Below, piece after piece: positions 11,228-23,000 of a stretch of 51,077 nucleotides of DNA (positions are counted from its first letter, which is position 1; each line of letters opens with the position of its first letter). The stretch comes from Massalongia carnosa (Eukaryota). The notes below the pieces were generated by a model. The model had not been told where the DNA came from and did no database searches. It was given only the letters and a program-made list of their open reading frames with translations. The DNA lies in the NCBI GenBank assembly GCA_965645245.1, contig OZ287072.1, positions 2,790,001-2,841,077 on the forward strand, read 5' to 3'. Position numbers and translations under genes: made by a program.

Positions 11228-12820
11228 ATGAACTCATTAGAATCATCCAGCAGAGATGTCGCTCCCTCGGGGCCGGCCTTCAACACTAGAGCTCGCTCCA
11301 TGTCGCGACAATCGACACAGAGCATACCAGGCGAATATGAACCCGCCGACGAAGAGGTGGGAAATGACACTATTTTGCCGACAAACAAAGACAAAGGCAG
11401 GGAACCGAAGATCGAGGCCCCGACCTCAGAACAGAAAATCGACATAAGCAATTATGCCATTTATCGAAGTCTGACGGAAAGCAATCCGTCGAAATCAGCT
11501 ATGATCATCAAGGTGGCAAATCGAGAAGAGTTGAGAAGGGCCCTCGTCCTAAAGGGAGAGGGCGACATATGGTACACTGTTCTAGCCGGCACGCTCCTAC
11601 AACATGAGGTCTTGATCGAGAAATATCAGGACTTGAAAAAAAGAAACAAAGATCTAAAAGGTCTACAGGCAGAATGGACCCGAATGATAAAGAGCTGGGA
11701 TCACGAGAGACTAGTATTTGAGGAGGATATCGCGGCTGAAAAATTGGAGACTCAGAAGGTCAAAGCGGAAAACTCGGACCTCATTCGTGAAATATCAGAG
11801 ATGAAACGTCTAGCTCGCGAAGCTACTCAGACGTCGACCTCATCGACTGGTCAAACTGAAGATCAATCCGCCGTCGCTGCCCCCTTAAGCAATTATCGAC
11901 CCAAAGGCACCAACCCGAAGGAGGCCCTCGACGGTTCCAACTCAGACGCCTATAGTGCATGGGCGTTTACGGTGGAAAGAAAAATCAGAACCGACTCCCC
12001 AATGTACACTAGTGAGGAGTTGAAAATCGACTACGCCTTATCGCAGATGAAGGATCCCATTTTCGACGCCATACACACCTGGGTAGTGGATGCCGGTCCC
12101 ACTCTCTCTTTGAATACGTTCTTCAAGGAAATTGAGAGCTATCTCGGGATAGCATATTTGACAAAGGACGCGAAGAAGGAATTGAAAGAAATAAGCATGA
12201 ACAAAGATGAAACGGTGACTGAATACTATCATCGAATGTTCAAACTCTGGCAACGTGCAAAAACCCCCGCGGATGAGAGAATTGAGACGTTCAAGGACAC
12301 CCTGCGGCCGAACATCGCGCTGTCTCTATTGGGACGGGACTTCATCAGTCTAGAAACCCTCTTGCATGAAGCCAGGAAAATCGAACAGGGAAGAAAGGAG
12401 ATGAATCAGAAGTACGCGAAGTCGGAATCTCAGAAGCCCGCGAAAACGACGACTTCTCCTTCATCTTCCGTCGGTCGTGGTTTAAACAAAACCACGACCG
12501 CCACCTCTAGTACCTCGATCACAGTCAAACCAAAAGCGACTACGACCAACTCCGCCATCTCCGCCAACCCGAACTCGAAATTCGGACAGGTCTCGACCAA
12601 ACCGGAAGGATGGGTAGGAGCTTGGTACGAGGGGACGCTTCACCCGCCCAAGTTGGAGGACGGGGAACGAGAGACTCTGTCACGACAGGGCCGATGTTGG
12701 TCGTGCAGACGATCAGGGCATAGGGGCCGAGACCCCTGTTGCATTAGGCAAGCAGTGAATCTCAGTAGAGTCGCCATTCGAGAAGACTCATCCGAGTCCG
12801 AGGACTCGGAAAAAGAATGA
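11228..12820 (+). CDS. gag: Gypsy-1 Gag (coiled coil, capsid, atypical Zn knuckle)
   Basis: 530-aa ORF just after the 5' LTR; KIDYALSQM and ETVTEYYHRM capsid-like segments; CWSCRRSGHRGRDPCC. Confidence 0.85.
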   Translation: MNSLESSSRDVAPSGPAFNTRARSMSRQSTQSIPGEYEPADEEVGNDTILPTNKDKGREPKIEAPTSEQKIDISNYAIYRSLTESNPSKSAMIIKVANREELRRALVLKGEGDIWYTVLAGTLLQHEVLIEKYQDLKKRNKDLKGLQAEWTRMIKSWDHERLVFEEDIAAEKLETQKVKAENSDLIREISEMKRLAREATQTSTSSTGQTEDQSAVAAPLSNYRPKGTNPKEALDGSNSDAYSAWAFTVERKIRTDSPMYTSEELKIDYALSQMKDPIFDAIHTWVVDAGPTLSLNTFFKEIESYLGIAYLTKDAKKELKEISMNKDETVTEYYHRMFKLWQRAKTPADERIETFKDTLRPNIALSLLGRDFISLETLLHEARKIEQGRKEMNQKYAKSESQKPAKTTTSPSSSVGRGLNKTTTATSSTSITVKPKATTTNSAISANPNSKFGQVSTKPEGWVGAWYEGTLHPPKLEDGERETLSRQGRCWSCRRSGHRGRDPCCIRQAVNLSRVAIREDSSESEDSEKE

Positions 12821-15800
12821 TTCCTGATGATAGTCGCCATCAGGAATGTCGAGAAGTTTCATTAAGGGTTGTTAGAGCATCTGTTCTTTCTGTCGATCAT
12901 CTCGTTCCGGGCAAGCATCTTTTATTTAGATGTAGTATAGCCTCTAATGAAAATCAGTTGATGATCGATAACGGAAGTGAAGCTCAATTTCTTCATGAAT
13001 CCTTTGCGCGCAAAAGAAAACTAGAGACCATTAGACTAAAAAAAAGAGACAGGGTCAGACTGGAACTTGGGGATGGAAAAGTCCATCAAATCATTGATAA
13101 GGCCGTTATCGTTCCCGTCAGAATCGGAGATCATGAGGAAAAGTTATTCTGCTATCTGGCCGACATAGGTAATCATACCTTGATCATCGGTGATGGATGG
13201 CTGCAGGAGCATAACCCTCATATTGATTGGGTTGAACGCACCATGACGTTCTCCAATCGGTGCGTCAGTAAGGGATGCGCACCTCGATCTCATTCAGTCT
13301 CAAAATTTGAATCCACAATCTTGGAGAAGGAAACGACTGCCTCAGCAAAGAACGAGGCCTTTGAAAATTTCGATATTCAGTCCCTCACCCCGAAGCGATT
13401 TATGAAACTTCTTCGAAGATCGGGTCATCAGACTTACTGTTTCTATCCGAGGGAAAAGCTCAACAAGGAGTTAGATAGGTACGAGAAGAAGCTTCTGACT
13501 GCTTCAAGTATCAACGCAGTCACCAGCGACGATCATGAGAAGTTCATGAAAGACAAAGTCGAATATACTCTGGAAGAATTGAAAAAACGAGTACCCGAGG
13601 CCTATCATGGCGAGATTGAAGTCTTCATGAGGGCTAAGGCAGACGAGTTGGCACCTCATCGAAAAGAGGATCACGAAATCAATTTGATGCCCGGGATCGA
13701 GCCTCCGTTCATCAAGAATTATCGGCCCATGTCCGAACAGGAATTGACCGCGGTAAGAAAATATCTAGATGAGCACTTAGTAAAAGGGTTTATTCGTCCG
13801 AGCTCGTTAAAGGCGGCCGCGCCGGTACTATTGGTCAGGAAACCAGGCGGGGGTCTTCGCTTTTGCGTAGATTATCGAGATCTGAATAATATCACGGAGA
13901 AAAGTCGATAACCCATTCCATTGATCAGCGAGACATTGGCGAAACTCGCCAAAGCAAAGTGGTTTACTAAATTGGACGTCATTCATGCATTCAATAGGAT
14001 GAGGATTAAAGAGGGACAAGAGTGGCTCACGGCGTTCAATACTCGATACGGTCAATTTGAATATCTTGTGATGCCCTTCGGACTATGCAACGCTCCATCA
14101 ACATTTCAGAGCTATATCAATAACTCCCTGCGAGAATACTTAGATTATTTCGTCACCGCCTATCTGGACGACGTACTGGTGTTCAGTGAAACAGAAACGG
14201 AGCACATCGAGCAGGTACTGAAGGTACTTCGTCGTCTGAAAGAAAGAGGACTTCAACTGGACATAGACAAGTGTGAATTCTCTGTCTCCGAAGTCAAGTA
14301 CCTCGGAATGTTCGTGGGGGTGAATGACGTTAGAATGGACCCAGAAAAGGTGACGGCCATACTAGAATGGAAGAGGCCCCCGTCAGTAAAAGAGGTGCAG
14401 TCCTTTCTTGGATTCGCTAACTTCTATCGTCGCTTCATTGAGCGATTCTCCGAAAAGGTGAAGTGTCTGACCGAGCTAACCCGCGGAGAGCAATATGTCA
14501 CGGAAGGCGGAAAGAGACGCACCAAGTATCAAGACTTCGTGTGGACCACTGAATGTCAGCAAGCTTTCGAAGACATGAAGATTTCTTTTACCTCTGCGCC
14601 GATTCTTGCTCATTACGACCCAAGGCTAGAGACCTGGGTGGAGACAGACGCATCTGACTTCGTAGTATCGGGGATACTCTCTCAGATGCATGAAGGCGTT
14701 CTGAAACCCGTGGCTTATTTCTCGACGAAGATGAGCCCCGCCGAATGCAATTATGAGATCTACGATAAAGAACTCCTAGCCATCGTAGAAAGTTTCGTCA
14801 TCTGGAGACCGGAGCTAGCGGGAGTGGAGCAATCAACAAAGGTCTACTCAGATCATAAGAATCTGGAGACCTTCATGACTTTGAAACAACTAAATCGCCG
14901 TCAAGTGCGTTGGGCTGAGATGCTGGCGGAATATAATTTTCGCATTATGTATAGACCAGGCAAGCAAGGGGGCAAACCGGACGCCCTCACCAGAAGAGAG
15001 CAAGATCTGCCGATGGACGCGGAAGATGATCGCACCAGATATCAATATCAGGTGCTGCTAAAAGAAAATCAGCTGGACGATGAAGTGAAACAGGACCTGA
15101 ATCTGTACGTGACAACCAGATCCATGGCCAATCGAGAACGGGTTGAAGACAACATTACTACTGACTCATCCGATCAAATCAGGGATGAGGAAGTAGAGGA
15201 CTTGACGGTAGAGGAGTTCACAATCAATTCGAATGATGATTCGGATGCAGAAAAGCCTGATGAATTATTAGAAAATCTTTTAGCGGAGGCATATCAAGAA
15301 GACGCAATGATTCAGGAAGTCATGAAGGCTAAGTTGGAAAATCTGAAGAAATTGCCCGATAAAATTCTAAGCAACGGGCTGAGACTGGCGATGGGTGACT
15401 TGGAAGTCCGTCACGAAAGACTATACTACAAAACACGCCTCTTCATTCCGAATTTCGACAAGCTGAAGCTGCGTCTTTTATATGATCATCATAATCCCCC
15501 GATGCAAGGACACCCCGGGTATCGAGGCATGTATGCCAAAATGCTGGAGAACTATTTCTGGATGTCCATGAAGGATGATTGTCGAAGATACGCTACTAAC
15601 TGCTCTACATGCCGAAGGTCCAAGGCGTACAACGATCAGAAACAGGGACTATTAGCCCCACTATCCATACCTCAAAGAAAATGGACAGACTTATCTCTGG
15701 ACTTTGTAGTCAAACTGCCCAAATGTCACAGACGGGGCCGGACGTACGAAAATATCTTGGTTATCGTGGACAGATTGACCAAACGTAGGTTGTACGAACC

Positions 15801-16887
15801 TATGGTGGATATAGGCACGAAGGACGTACTAGAAGTCCTCAAACGTCGGGTCTTTTCAACATACGGCTTGCCAAACTCCATCGTCCACGATCGCGGGACG
15901 CAATTGACAGCCCATCTGTGGAAGCGAATTTGTCAGCGATTAGGAGTCAAATCGAAACCGTCCTCCGCGCATCATCCAGAAACAGATGGTCAAACCGAAA
16001 ATGCGAATAAGGTTATGAAGAACTACCTGAGAGCATACGTCAGACATGCTCAAGACGACTGGGTGGACTACTTAACAGATGCCGAATTTGCAGTCAATAT
16101 TCATACGAACGCTTCAACCGGAATGTTCCCCTTCTTCGCTGATCACGGTTATCACCCTCGTAGTGGCTCGGAGCCGCTTCAGCCTTTTGACTCAAATGTC
16201 ACCGGACGCGCGGAACTGATGTCGGCAGACAAAATAACCGCCCGACAAGAAGCCATGACCAAATGGCTTATCGAGCACCTAACCTGGGCACAGGCAGATC
16301 AGATGAGATATGCCAATGAGTCGCGGGCCCCACATCCAGACTACAAGATAGGAGACATGGTATATGTCAACACCAAAGATTTCTCCGTCGACAAGCAGAG
16401 TCGCTCCCTGAGTTCCAAAAACGCGGGGCCATGGAAAATCATCCGAAACATAGATAACAAGGCCTATGAATTGGAAATTCCCGAACACTTGAAAAGAGTG
16501 GGGCTCACACCCATATTTCATCCATGGAAACTTCATCAGGCTCCTACGAACCCATTCCCCGGTCAACTTATTGAACCGGGTCCCCCGATACTGATTCAAG
16601 AAGACGCCGAATCCAGTCCTCATGAAGAATATGAAGTCCTCGAAATCGTCGACTGCCGTGAAACTAAGAAATACGGCACTCAGTATAAAGCAACCTATAT
16701 CGGCTCATGGGATGACTGGAACGCAAACCCACCTTGGCAGCCATGGACTGATTTCATTCGCGCCAAAGAAGAAATCAGAAAATTTCATACAGACAATAAA
16801 GGAAAACCCAACGCCCCAAAGGATGTCCTATTCATGAATAACAGTCAACCATCGACGTCCGGAGCCGCCGTCTCAGAGGAGGGGTAG
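12817..16887 (+). pseudogene. pol: Gypsy-1 Pol with a single in-frame nonsense codon
   Basis: Protease IDNGS; RT LRFCVDYR...YLDD; RNase H ETDASD; integrase H-H-C-C and DDE; chromodomain EEYEVLEIVD. TAA at 13909-13911 replaces the Tyr of the conserved K.RYP.P motif; the two ORFs share a frame. Confidence 0.92.
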
Positions 16888-17372
16888 TGTCAGGGTCCTG
16901 AGGTCACCTGACATCAGACTAGCATCGATTAGGTAATGTGCCGAGGAACCGACTTTTCAGGGGTTATATAGAACTCCGCCCGAGTAAAGCTTTTAGACCT
17001 CGTCTGAAGATTTTGGTGTAGAACTAGGCTATTGAAATTGAACTCGTTTTATCCCTCACACTATGTGAGGGTGTCGATATATCATTTATTACCACCCGAA
17101 TTGCCCCCTTATAATATAAACTTGAGGAAGAATTTATACGCGCTGCCCATCTTTAGAAATCAAACGTTTATCTGATCTTCCTCAACAAGGTCCTTGATTG
17201 TTTCAAACAACAAGTAAGATTTATTGCAAAAATTGAGTTTTGAACATGGTATAGCACGATTAATTAGTGTTTTTTTATAAGAGATATATTAACCTAATAT
17301 AACTATCTCATTGAGATATGGGCAAAGTCCATAAAGACGAATAATAGAGTGGAATATATTCATCGCAAAATT

Positions 17373-17508
17373 GAGTACCTTCTCCCTTCCTTCCAATGCT
17401 CACCGGTGCATCCCTTCCGCCTCTTCGTACTTGCCCTGCCTCGACAACACCGACCCAAGCTGGCTGACACTGGTGAGCGTGTCTGGGTGCTCTGGCCCAA
17501 GTACCTTC
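17373..17508 (-). pseudogene. Distal TPR repeats of the NLR gene, separated by the TRIM/Gypsy insertion
   Basis: Translates KVLGPEHPDTLTSVSQLGSVLSRQGKYEEAEGMHR*ALEGREKVL; continues the repeat interrupted at 25925 across TSD CCTTC; contains a CGA>TGA stop. Confidence 0.9.
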
Positions 17509-18852
17509 TGTTAAATAAACAGTTCACGGCATAATGTTGAAATTACTACGGAGGTGACTGCTTATAGCAGTCATGGCAGCCTGCAGGGCTGAGCTAGAAC
17601 TAATGGGGCTAAGCGAGTATTCCAACACTCCCCTTCGAGCGTGGCTCCCCTTTCGCCTCCAAAATTGAAATTATCCAGCTTTTATCACTCCCCTTGCGAA
17701 GTGCTTCATCCAGCTGTGTCCGATTCGCTCCCTGTAATACGGATGGCGCTAGAGGGATACGTGATCGCCTATGGCGGTTGCGGGATTAACTAGCGTGGAC
17801 CATGTCGTAGTACGAAGTCGCATAAGCCGTCGAGGCTGACACACTGCCATCTTGCCCCGAAACTTCGGAGTTATTGTTATCACGTTCTTGACTACTTACA
17901 GATCAAACACCTGTCGAGGCCGTGGTGGTAGATTGCCATGGAGTGTAAGGCGGACTCCTGTGGAGACGCCAAGGAACTCTATATGGGATCTACTGCCCTA
18001 CTCGGAGCTACTGGATCTCTTGATGGATCAAGAGAGGTAGCAGGAGGCACGGCTCGCTGGACGCAGCTTGAGCTAGGCTCCCTGGTGTAAACTTCAGCTT
18101 CAACCTTTATTACTACGTTGGTAGTGATGTCGGCTGAATGAACCTACATGACCTCGTTGTCTAGACCTTGTGTTTAGAGGCAGGTCCGCAGTGTAGCGAG
18201 GTATTCAGTCGGAGGTAACCTTCCATCACTAGGTAGTGGTGACGGCGAAATGAAGCTACATAGCCTGAGGCATGTAGTGAGGGATCTAGCCGGGGGTAGA
18301 ATTGTTCTACCTTGCAAGGGAAGGTCTAGAAGGCTGCTCGAGGCTGACTAGATGATCCAGCGAACGCCGAGTTCGTGGATGGATCCTGAGGGATGGTTGG
18401 ATGTAATGCGATAAAGTCGGATGTGGATTGCAAGGCTGTAATGCTCGCAAGACTCCCAAGGCTTGCAAGGCTCCTAAGGTTCCAAGGCTCCCAAGGCTAT
18501 AGGCTTGGGGTGAGTAGGATAAATATCAGAACGAATCTTGTAGTATTCGTTAGCAATTAGTCTTTATTCTATGAACAACCTACGTTTGGGTCTCGGACGA
18601 GATCTCTTGGTCCAAGCACTTCCACATCCATTAGTTCTTTGGATCACATATACTCTCGGAGACTAGCACGTAGTAGCTATCTTCCTCCTCTCACGCTGAG
18701 CATTTCCCCTTTCGAGATCAGTGTCGCTCGTGATAAGCTTACTGGTCTCGTAGCCCATTACAATTCTAATTGCTCTCATACCCTACGGGTCAGCCAGCCC
18801 GTTTGGAGGAAGCTTAGCTAGTGGAGCCATCTGTTCTTGAACTCCGCAAACG

Positions 18853-20004
18853 ATGTCTTCAAGCTCTCGCCCTCGCAGGAACGTTCGGCAAGGTCCAACA
18901 AGATCTCCCCAGGCAGAAGATACTTCAAGGCCTGCGGAAGATACGCCGACACCAAGTACTGAGGAAGCTACGGGTCCTGCCAAATACACAGAGGAAGATC
19001 TGCAGAGAATCACAAAGCTCTGCATGGAGTCGTTCCTCCAGGCACAAGGTAGTCGACATGAAGGCCCCCGAGAAGGTCAGTTGAAAGCTCGGTTCCCGGA
19101 TCTCTACTATGGGAAGTCCCATATGGAGTGTTACCATTTCTGCCAACAATGCGAAGACCACTTTGACACCGCCGGCGCCACTGGGTCTAACCGTACACCC
19201 TTTGCCGCATCTTTCCTTCGTGGCCGGATCAGCTTTCGTTGGCACCAGCACAAACGTCGAAGCCAAGGCGAAGAGGTAGGACCTTTGTCTTGGATCGAGT
19301 TCAAGGCTTTCCTTCGGAAGAATCTTGGGGACTCCAGGGCTTTTGTGGACGCAACCTGGAGTAGGATCAAGCGGGACTCACAGTATCAACAAGAAGAAGT
19401 TCAGGATTGGGCTTCTCACCTGGAACATCTGCAATCTATACTCCTGGAGTTTGATGCTGAGGGAGCTCCAGAGGAGTCGGACCTTATCCGGTTCTTTCGT
19501 GAAGGCCTCAAGCCTTCGATAAAGGCCCAGATGGAACAACGAGGAAGGGAACTAGACAGTTGGGAGGAGCTGGTCGAAAAAGCGATCGATGCTGAGGCAA
19601 AAGCTAGCCTGCAGCCGCAATCGATCCTTCGTGAGATGGATCAGCGTTGTCCACATGGAAACCGGCCCGCTCATGCCACTGTGGCCAAACCCCAGACCTC
19701 TACTCGAGACCCTCGAGACGAGCCTAGCGAAAAGCCCAAACCGTCGGGTCCGAAGCAATTAAACTCCTCGCGCCCAGAGAACAGCGAGATTGCCGACAAG
19801 AAAGCTCGGAGAGAAAAGAAAAGGCAGCGACGTCTTGATCAAGCTCGAGGTCGGAAAGGCTCGGAGTCCACTCCGGCCACCGGTGCCAACACTTCCAGTG
19901 GCACCAGCAAGGACGTGTCCCAAATAACCTGCTTCAATTGCAACAAGAAGGGACACTACGCAAGTACTTGTCGCGAGCCCAAGAAGGATGCCTCAAAAAA
20001 CTAG
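18853..20004 (+). CDS. gag: Gypsy-2 Gag with CCHC zinc knuckle
   Basis: 383-aa ORF; CFNCNKKGHYASTC; ends in A AAA AAC TAG. Confidence 0.92.
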   Translation: MSSSSRPRRNVRQGPTRSPQAEDTSRPAEDTPTPSTEEATGPAKYTEEDLQRITKLCMESFLQAQGSRHEGPREGQLKARFPDLYYGKSHMECYHFCQQCEDHFDTAGATGSNRTPFAASFLRGRISFRWHQHKRRSQGEEVGPLSWIEFKAFLRKNLGDSRAFVDATWSRIKRDSQYQQEEVQDWASHLEHLQSILLEFDAEGAPEESDLIRFFREGLKPSIKAQMEQRGRELDSWEELVEKAIDAEAKASLQPQSILREMDQRCPHGNRPAHATVAKPQTSTRDPRDEPSEKPKPSGPKQLNSSRPENSEIADKKARREKKRQRRLDQARGRKGSESTPATGANTSSGTSKDVSQITCFNCNKKGHYASTCREPKKDASKN

Positions 20005-23000
20005 TATCGGTCTTGGCAACCTCCGCGCCTATGACTGAAACTAGTAAGGAGGCTAATCTTGAGCGGGTTCCTTGTATTCGATATCCGGTCCGTTTGAGGA
20101 AGGATCAAGACGAGGTAGAAGCTTTGATAGATTCCGGCAGCGAGGTCAACGCAATGCACCCCGCTTATGCCGCGAAACTAGGGCTTCGTGTTAGGGAAAC
20201 AGATGTTGGGGCGCAGAAGATTGATGGATCTCACCTGGATACCTTCGGTATGGTTATCGCAGGGTTCTCGGTCGAGGATAAGCTAGGGAAGGTTCGATTC
20301 TTCCAGGAAACCTTCTTGTTGGCTAATATTAGCCTGGAGGTGGTCCTGGGAATGCCTTTTCTTACACTCAGCAGTGTGGATATACGGTTTCCAGAGCGAG
20401 AGCTTGCCTGGAGAACTTACACAGCTGCCGAGGCTTTACCAACAACCAGACGTGTGGAGATCATCGATAAGGAAGAGTTCGCGGAGACGGTCCTTGGAGG
20501 AGACGATGAGGCATATGTGGTGCATGTAATGGCCGTAAGCAAGCCATCGTCCATGCCGATCCACGCCTCTCGCCAGGCCCAAGTAGCCTCGCTAGTGAGC
20601 GAGGAGGCCAATATCCCCGTTGAATATTCCGACTTCTCTGACGTTTTCTCCCCTGACTCTGCAGCGGAACTACCGGAGCACACCGGCTTTAACGACCATC
20701 CTATCGATCTAGTAGATGGTAAGCAGCCACCTTATGGCCCAATCTACAGCTTAGGTCCTATGGAACTAGAGACACTGAAAACCTATATTGAAACCAACCT
20801 AGCCAGCGGTTTTATTAGGCCTTCTCAGTCTCCGGCTGGTGCTCCTATACTGTTCATCCGCAAAAAGGACGGTAGTCTCCGCCTGTGTGTGGATTATCGA
20901 GGACTCAATACCCTGACGATCAAGAATCGGTACCCGTTACCCTTGATTGGAGAGTCGCTTGATCGACTAGGCCGTGCCAAGCGATTTACGCAGCTAGATC
21001 TCACGAACGCGTATCATCGGATGCGAATTCGAGAGGGTGATGAATGGAAGACAGCCTTCAGGACTCGATATGGTCACTTCGAGTATCAGGTTATGCCCTT
21101 CGGCCTTTCCAATGCCCCAGCTAGTTTCCAGGGCTATATCAACAAAATTCTAGCAGAGAAACTCGACGTCTTTGTCATCGTATACTTAGATGACATCCTG
21201 ATCTATACCGAGGACGTAGGCCAAGGCCATGTTGAGGCTGTTAAGTGGGTCTTGGAGAATCTCCGAAAAAACGGACTCTTTGCCAATCTAAAGAAGTGCC
21301 GTTTTCATCAAGATGAGGTTCGCTTCCTAGGCTACGTTGTCTCTGGCCAAGGAATTCGTATGGAAGAGGAAAGGATTGAAGCTGTCACGAACTGGCCAGA
21401 ACCCAAGTCAGTACGAGACGTCCAGGTGTTTATGGGATTCGCCAACTTCTACCGGCGGTTCATCCGGGGGTTCAGCAAGATTGCTGCTCCTCTCACCTCG
21501 ATGCTCAAAACAAACTTGGTAGCCAATACTGGGCCATCCCCAAAGGCAAGGTGCGGAGAGGAAGAATGTTGTTTCCTAACTCCTGCCGCTAAGTTAGCCT
21601 TTGCCCAATTAAAGCAGGCGTTCACTGAAGCACCGATCCTCCGACATTTTGACCCTGAGCGCCACATCCGACTTGAGACGGACGCCTCGGGTTACGCCAT
21701 AGGTGGCGTTCTTAGCCAGCTGGATATCGAAACCGGCCAATGGCACCCAGTAGCGTATTTTTCTCGGAAAATGATTCCTGCAGAAACTCGTTACGAAACT
21801 CACGATGGGGAACTACTGGCCATCGTTGAAGCCTTTAAGAATTGGAGGCATTATCTCGAAGGTTGTAAGCATGAAGTCCTCGTGCTTACAGACCACAACA
21901 ACCTGCGGCGATTTATGGATACGAAGAGTTTAAGCCCCCGCCAGGTTCGCTGGGCGCAAGAACTCTCTCGTTACAATTTCCGCATCGATTATCGTCAAGG
22001 CAAGGCTAATGGAGCTGCCGATGCTTTATCTCGCTATCCTCAGAGGAGCCAAGGCGAAGAGGAAGTGCTTCGAGCTGAAAATACTCGAATCCTTCACCGA
22101 TTGCAGTCCTCGCTGACCAGCGCCAGCATCTCTGGTATCACTAGTACTCAGCATCTCACCCCTCCACACCACATCATTATCTGTGGAACGCACGTCTTCC
22201 CTCAACTGCGTCAGTTTTGGGATACGCTCCGCCAAGACTTGACCTCAGAAGGTCCTTACAAAGTCAGCATTGGTGGCATGAGGTTGAGGTTGCAAGAGTT
22301 GCAGGAGGAAGATACCCAAGCTCAGACGATCAGAGCAGAGAAGCTTGGAAAAGATGGTTGGGAAGACACCGAGGGGATTTTGCATTATCAAAGCCTGCCT
22401 TATGTCCCTGAGATCCTCAGAACTGAGCTAATCAGTAGGCATCATGATGATCCATTAGCAGGACACTTCGGCATCGAAAAGACGCGAGAACTCATTGCGA
22501 GAAAGTACTTCTGGGAGACTCTCCGCCGCGATGTCGAGAGCTATGTCAAGGGTTGCGACGTCTGCTTATCTTCTAAAGCGGTCAGACACAAGCCTTACGG
22601 AGACCTACAGTCACTGCCAGTGCCAACTCATCGCTGGAAGGACTTGTCTATGGATTTCGTGACGGGGTTGCCTGAATCTGCGGATTGGAAGCGCGACAGT
22701 TACGATTCGATCCTGGTTATCGTCGACCGGCTTACGAAGATGGTGCACTATGAGCCAGTGCTAACAACGATCACTGCGCCATTGCTAGCAGAGGTAATCA
22801 TAGACGTGGTAGTTCGTCACCACGGCTTGCCCGACTCTATCGTCAGCGACCGCGGCTCAGTTTTCACTTCTAAGTTCTGGTCTTCCTTGTGCTACTTTTT
22901 AGGCATCAAGCGACGCCTCTCTACCGCGTTCCATCCACAGACCGATGGGCAGACCGAACGTCAGAACAGCACCATGGAAGCCTATCTTAGGGCGTTCGTC

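Larger units (their letters stand above)
11010..17060 (+). mobile_element. Ty3/Gypsy chromovirus 'Gypsy-1', full length, 173-bp LTRs
   Basis: LTRs TGTCAGGG...CCCTCACA at 11010-11182 and 16888-17060 (2 substitutions); PPT GAGGAGGGGTAG; gag and pol in PR-RT-RH-IN-chromodomain order. Flanks GCTAG / CTATG are not a 5-bp TSD. Confidence 0.95.

Noticed and set aside
17852..18040. 62-aa ORF repeated at 24342-24530
   Set aside because: It lies within the LTR, lacks an ATG and is not kept in the diverged solo LTR; duplication simply reflects LTR identity.
18130..18250. CTGAATGA...CGAAA as a hammerhead ribozyme core
   Set aside because: The core is not CUGANGA and no GAAA follows the adjacent stem; CTGAAT is better explained as paired with ATTCAG.
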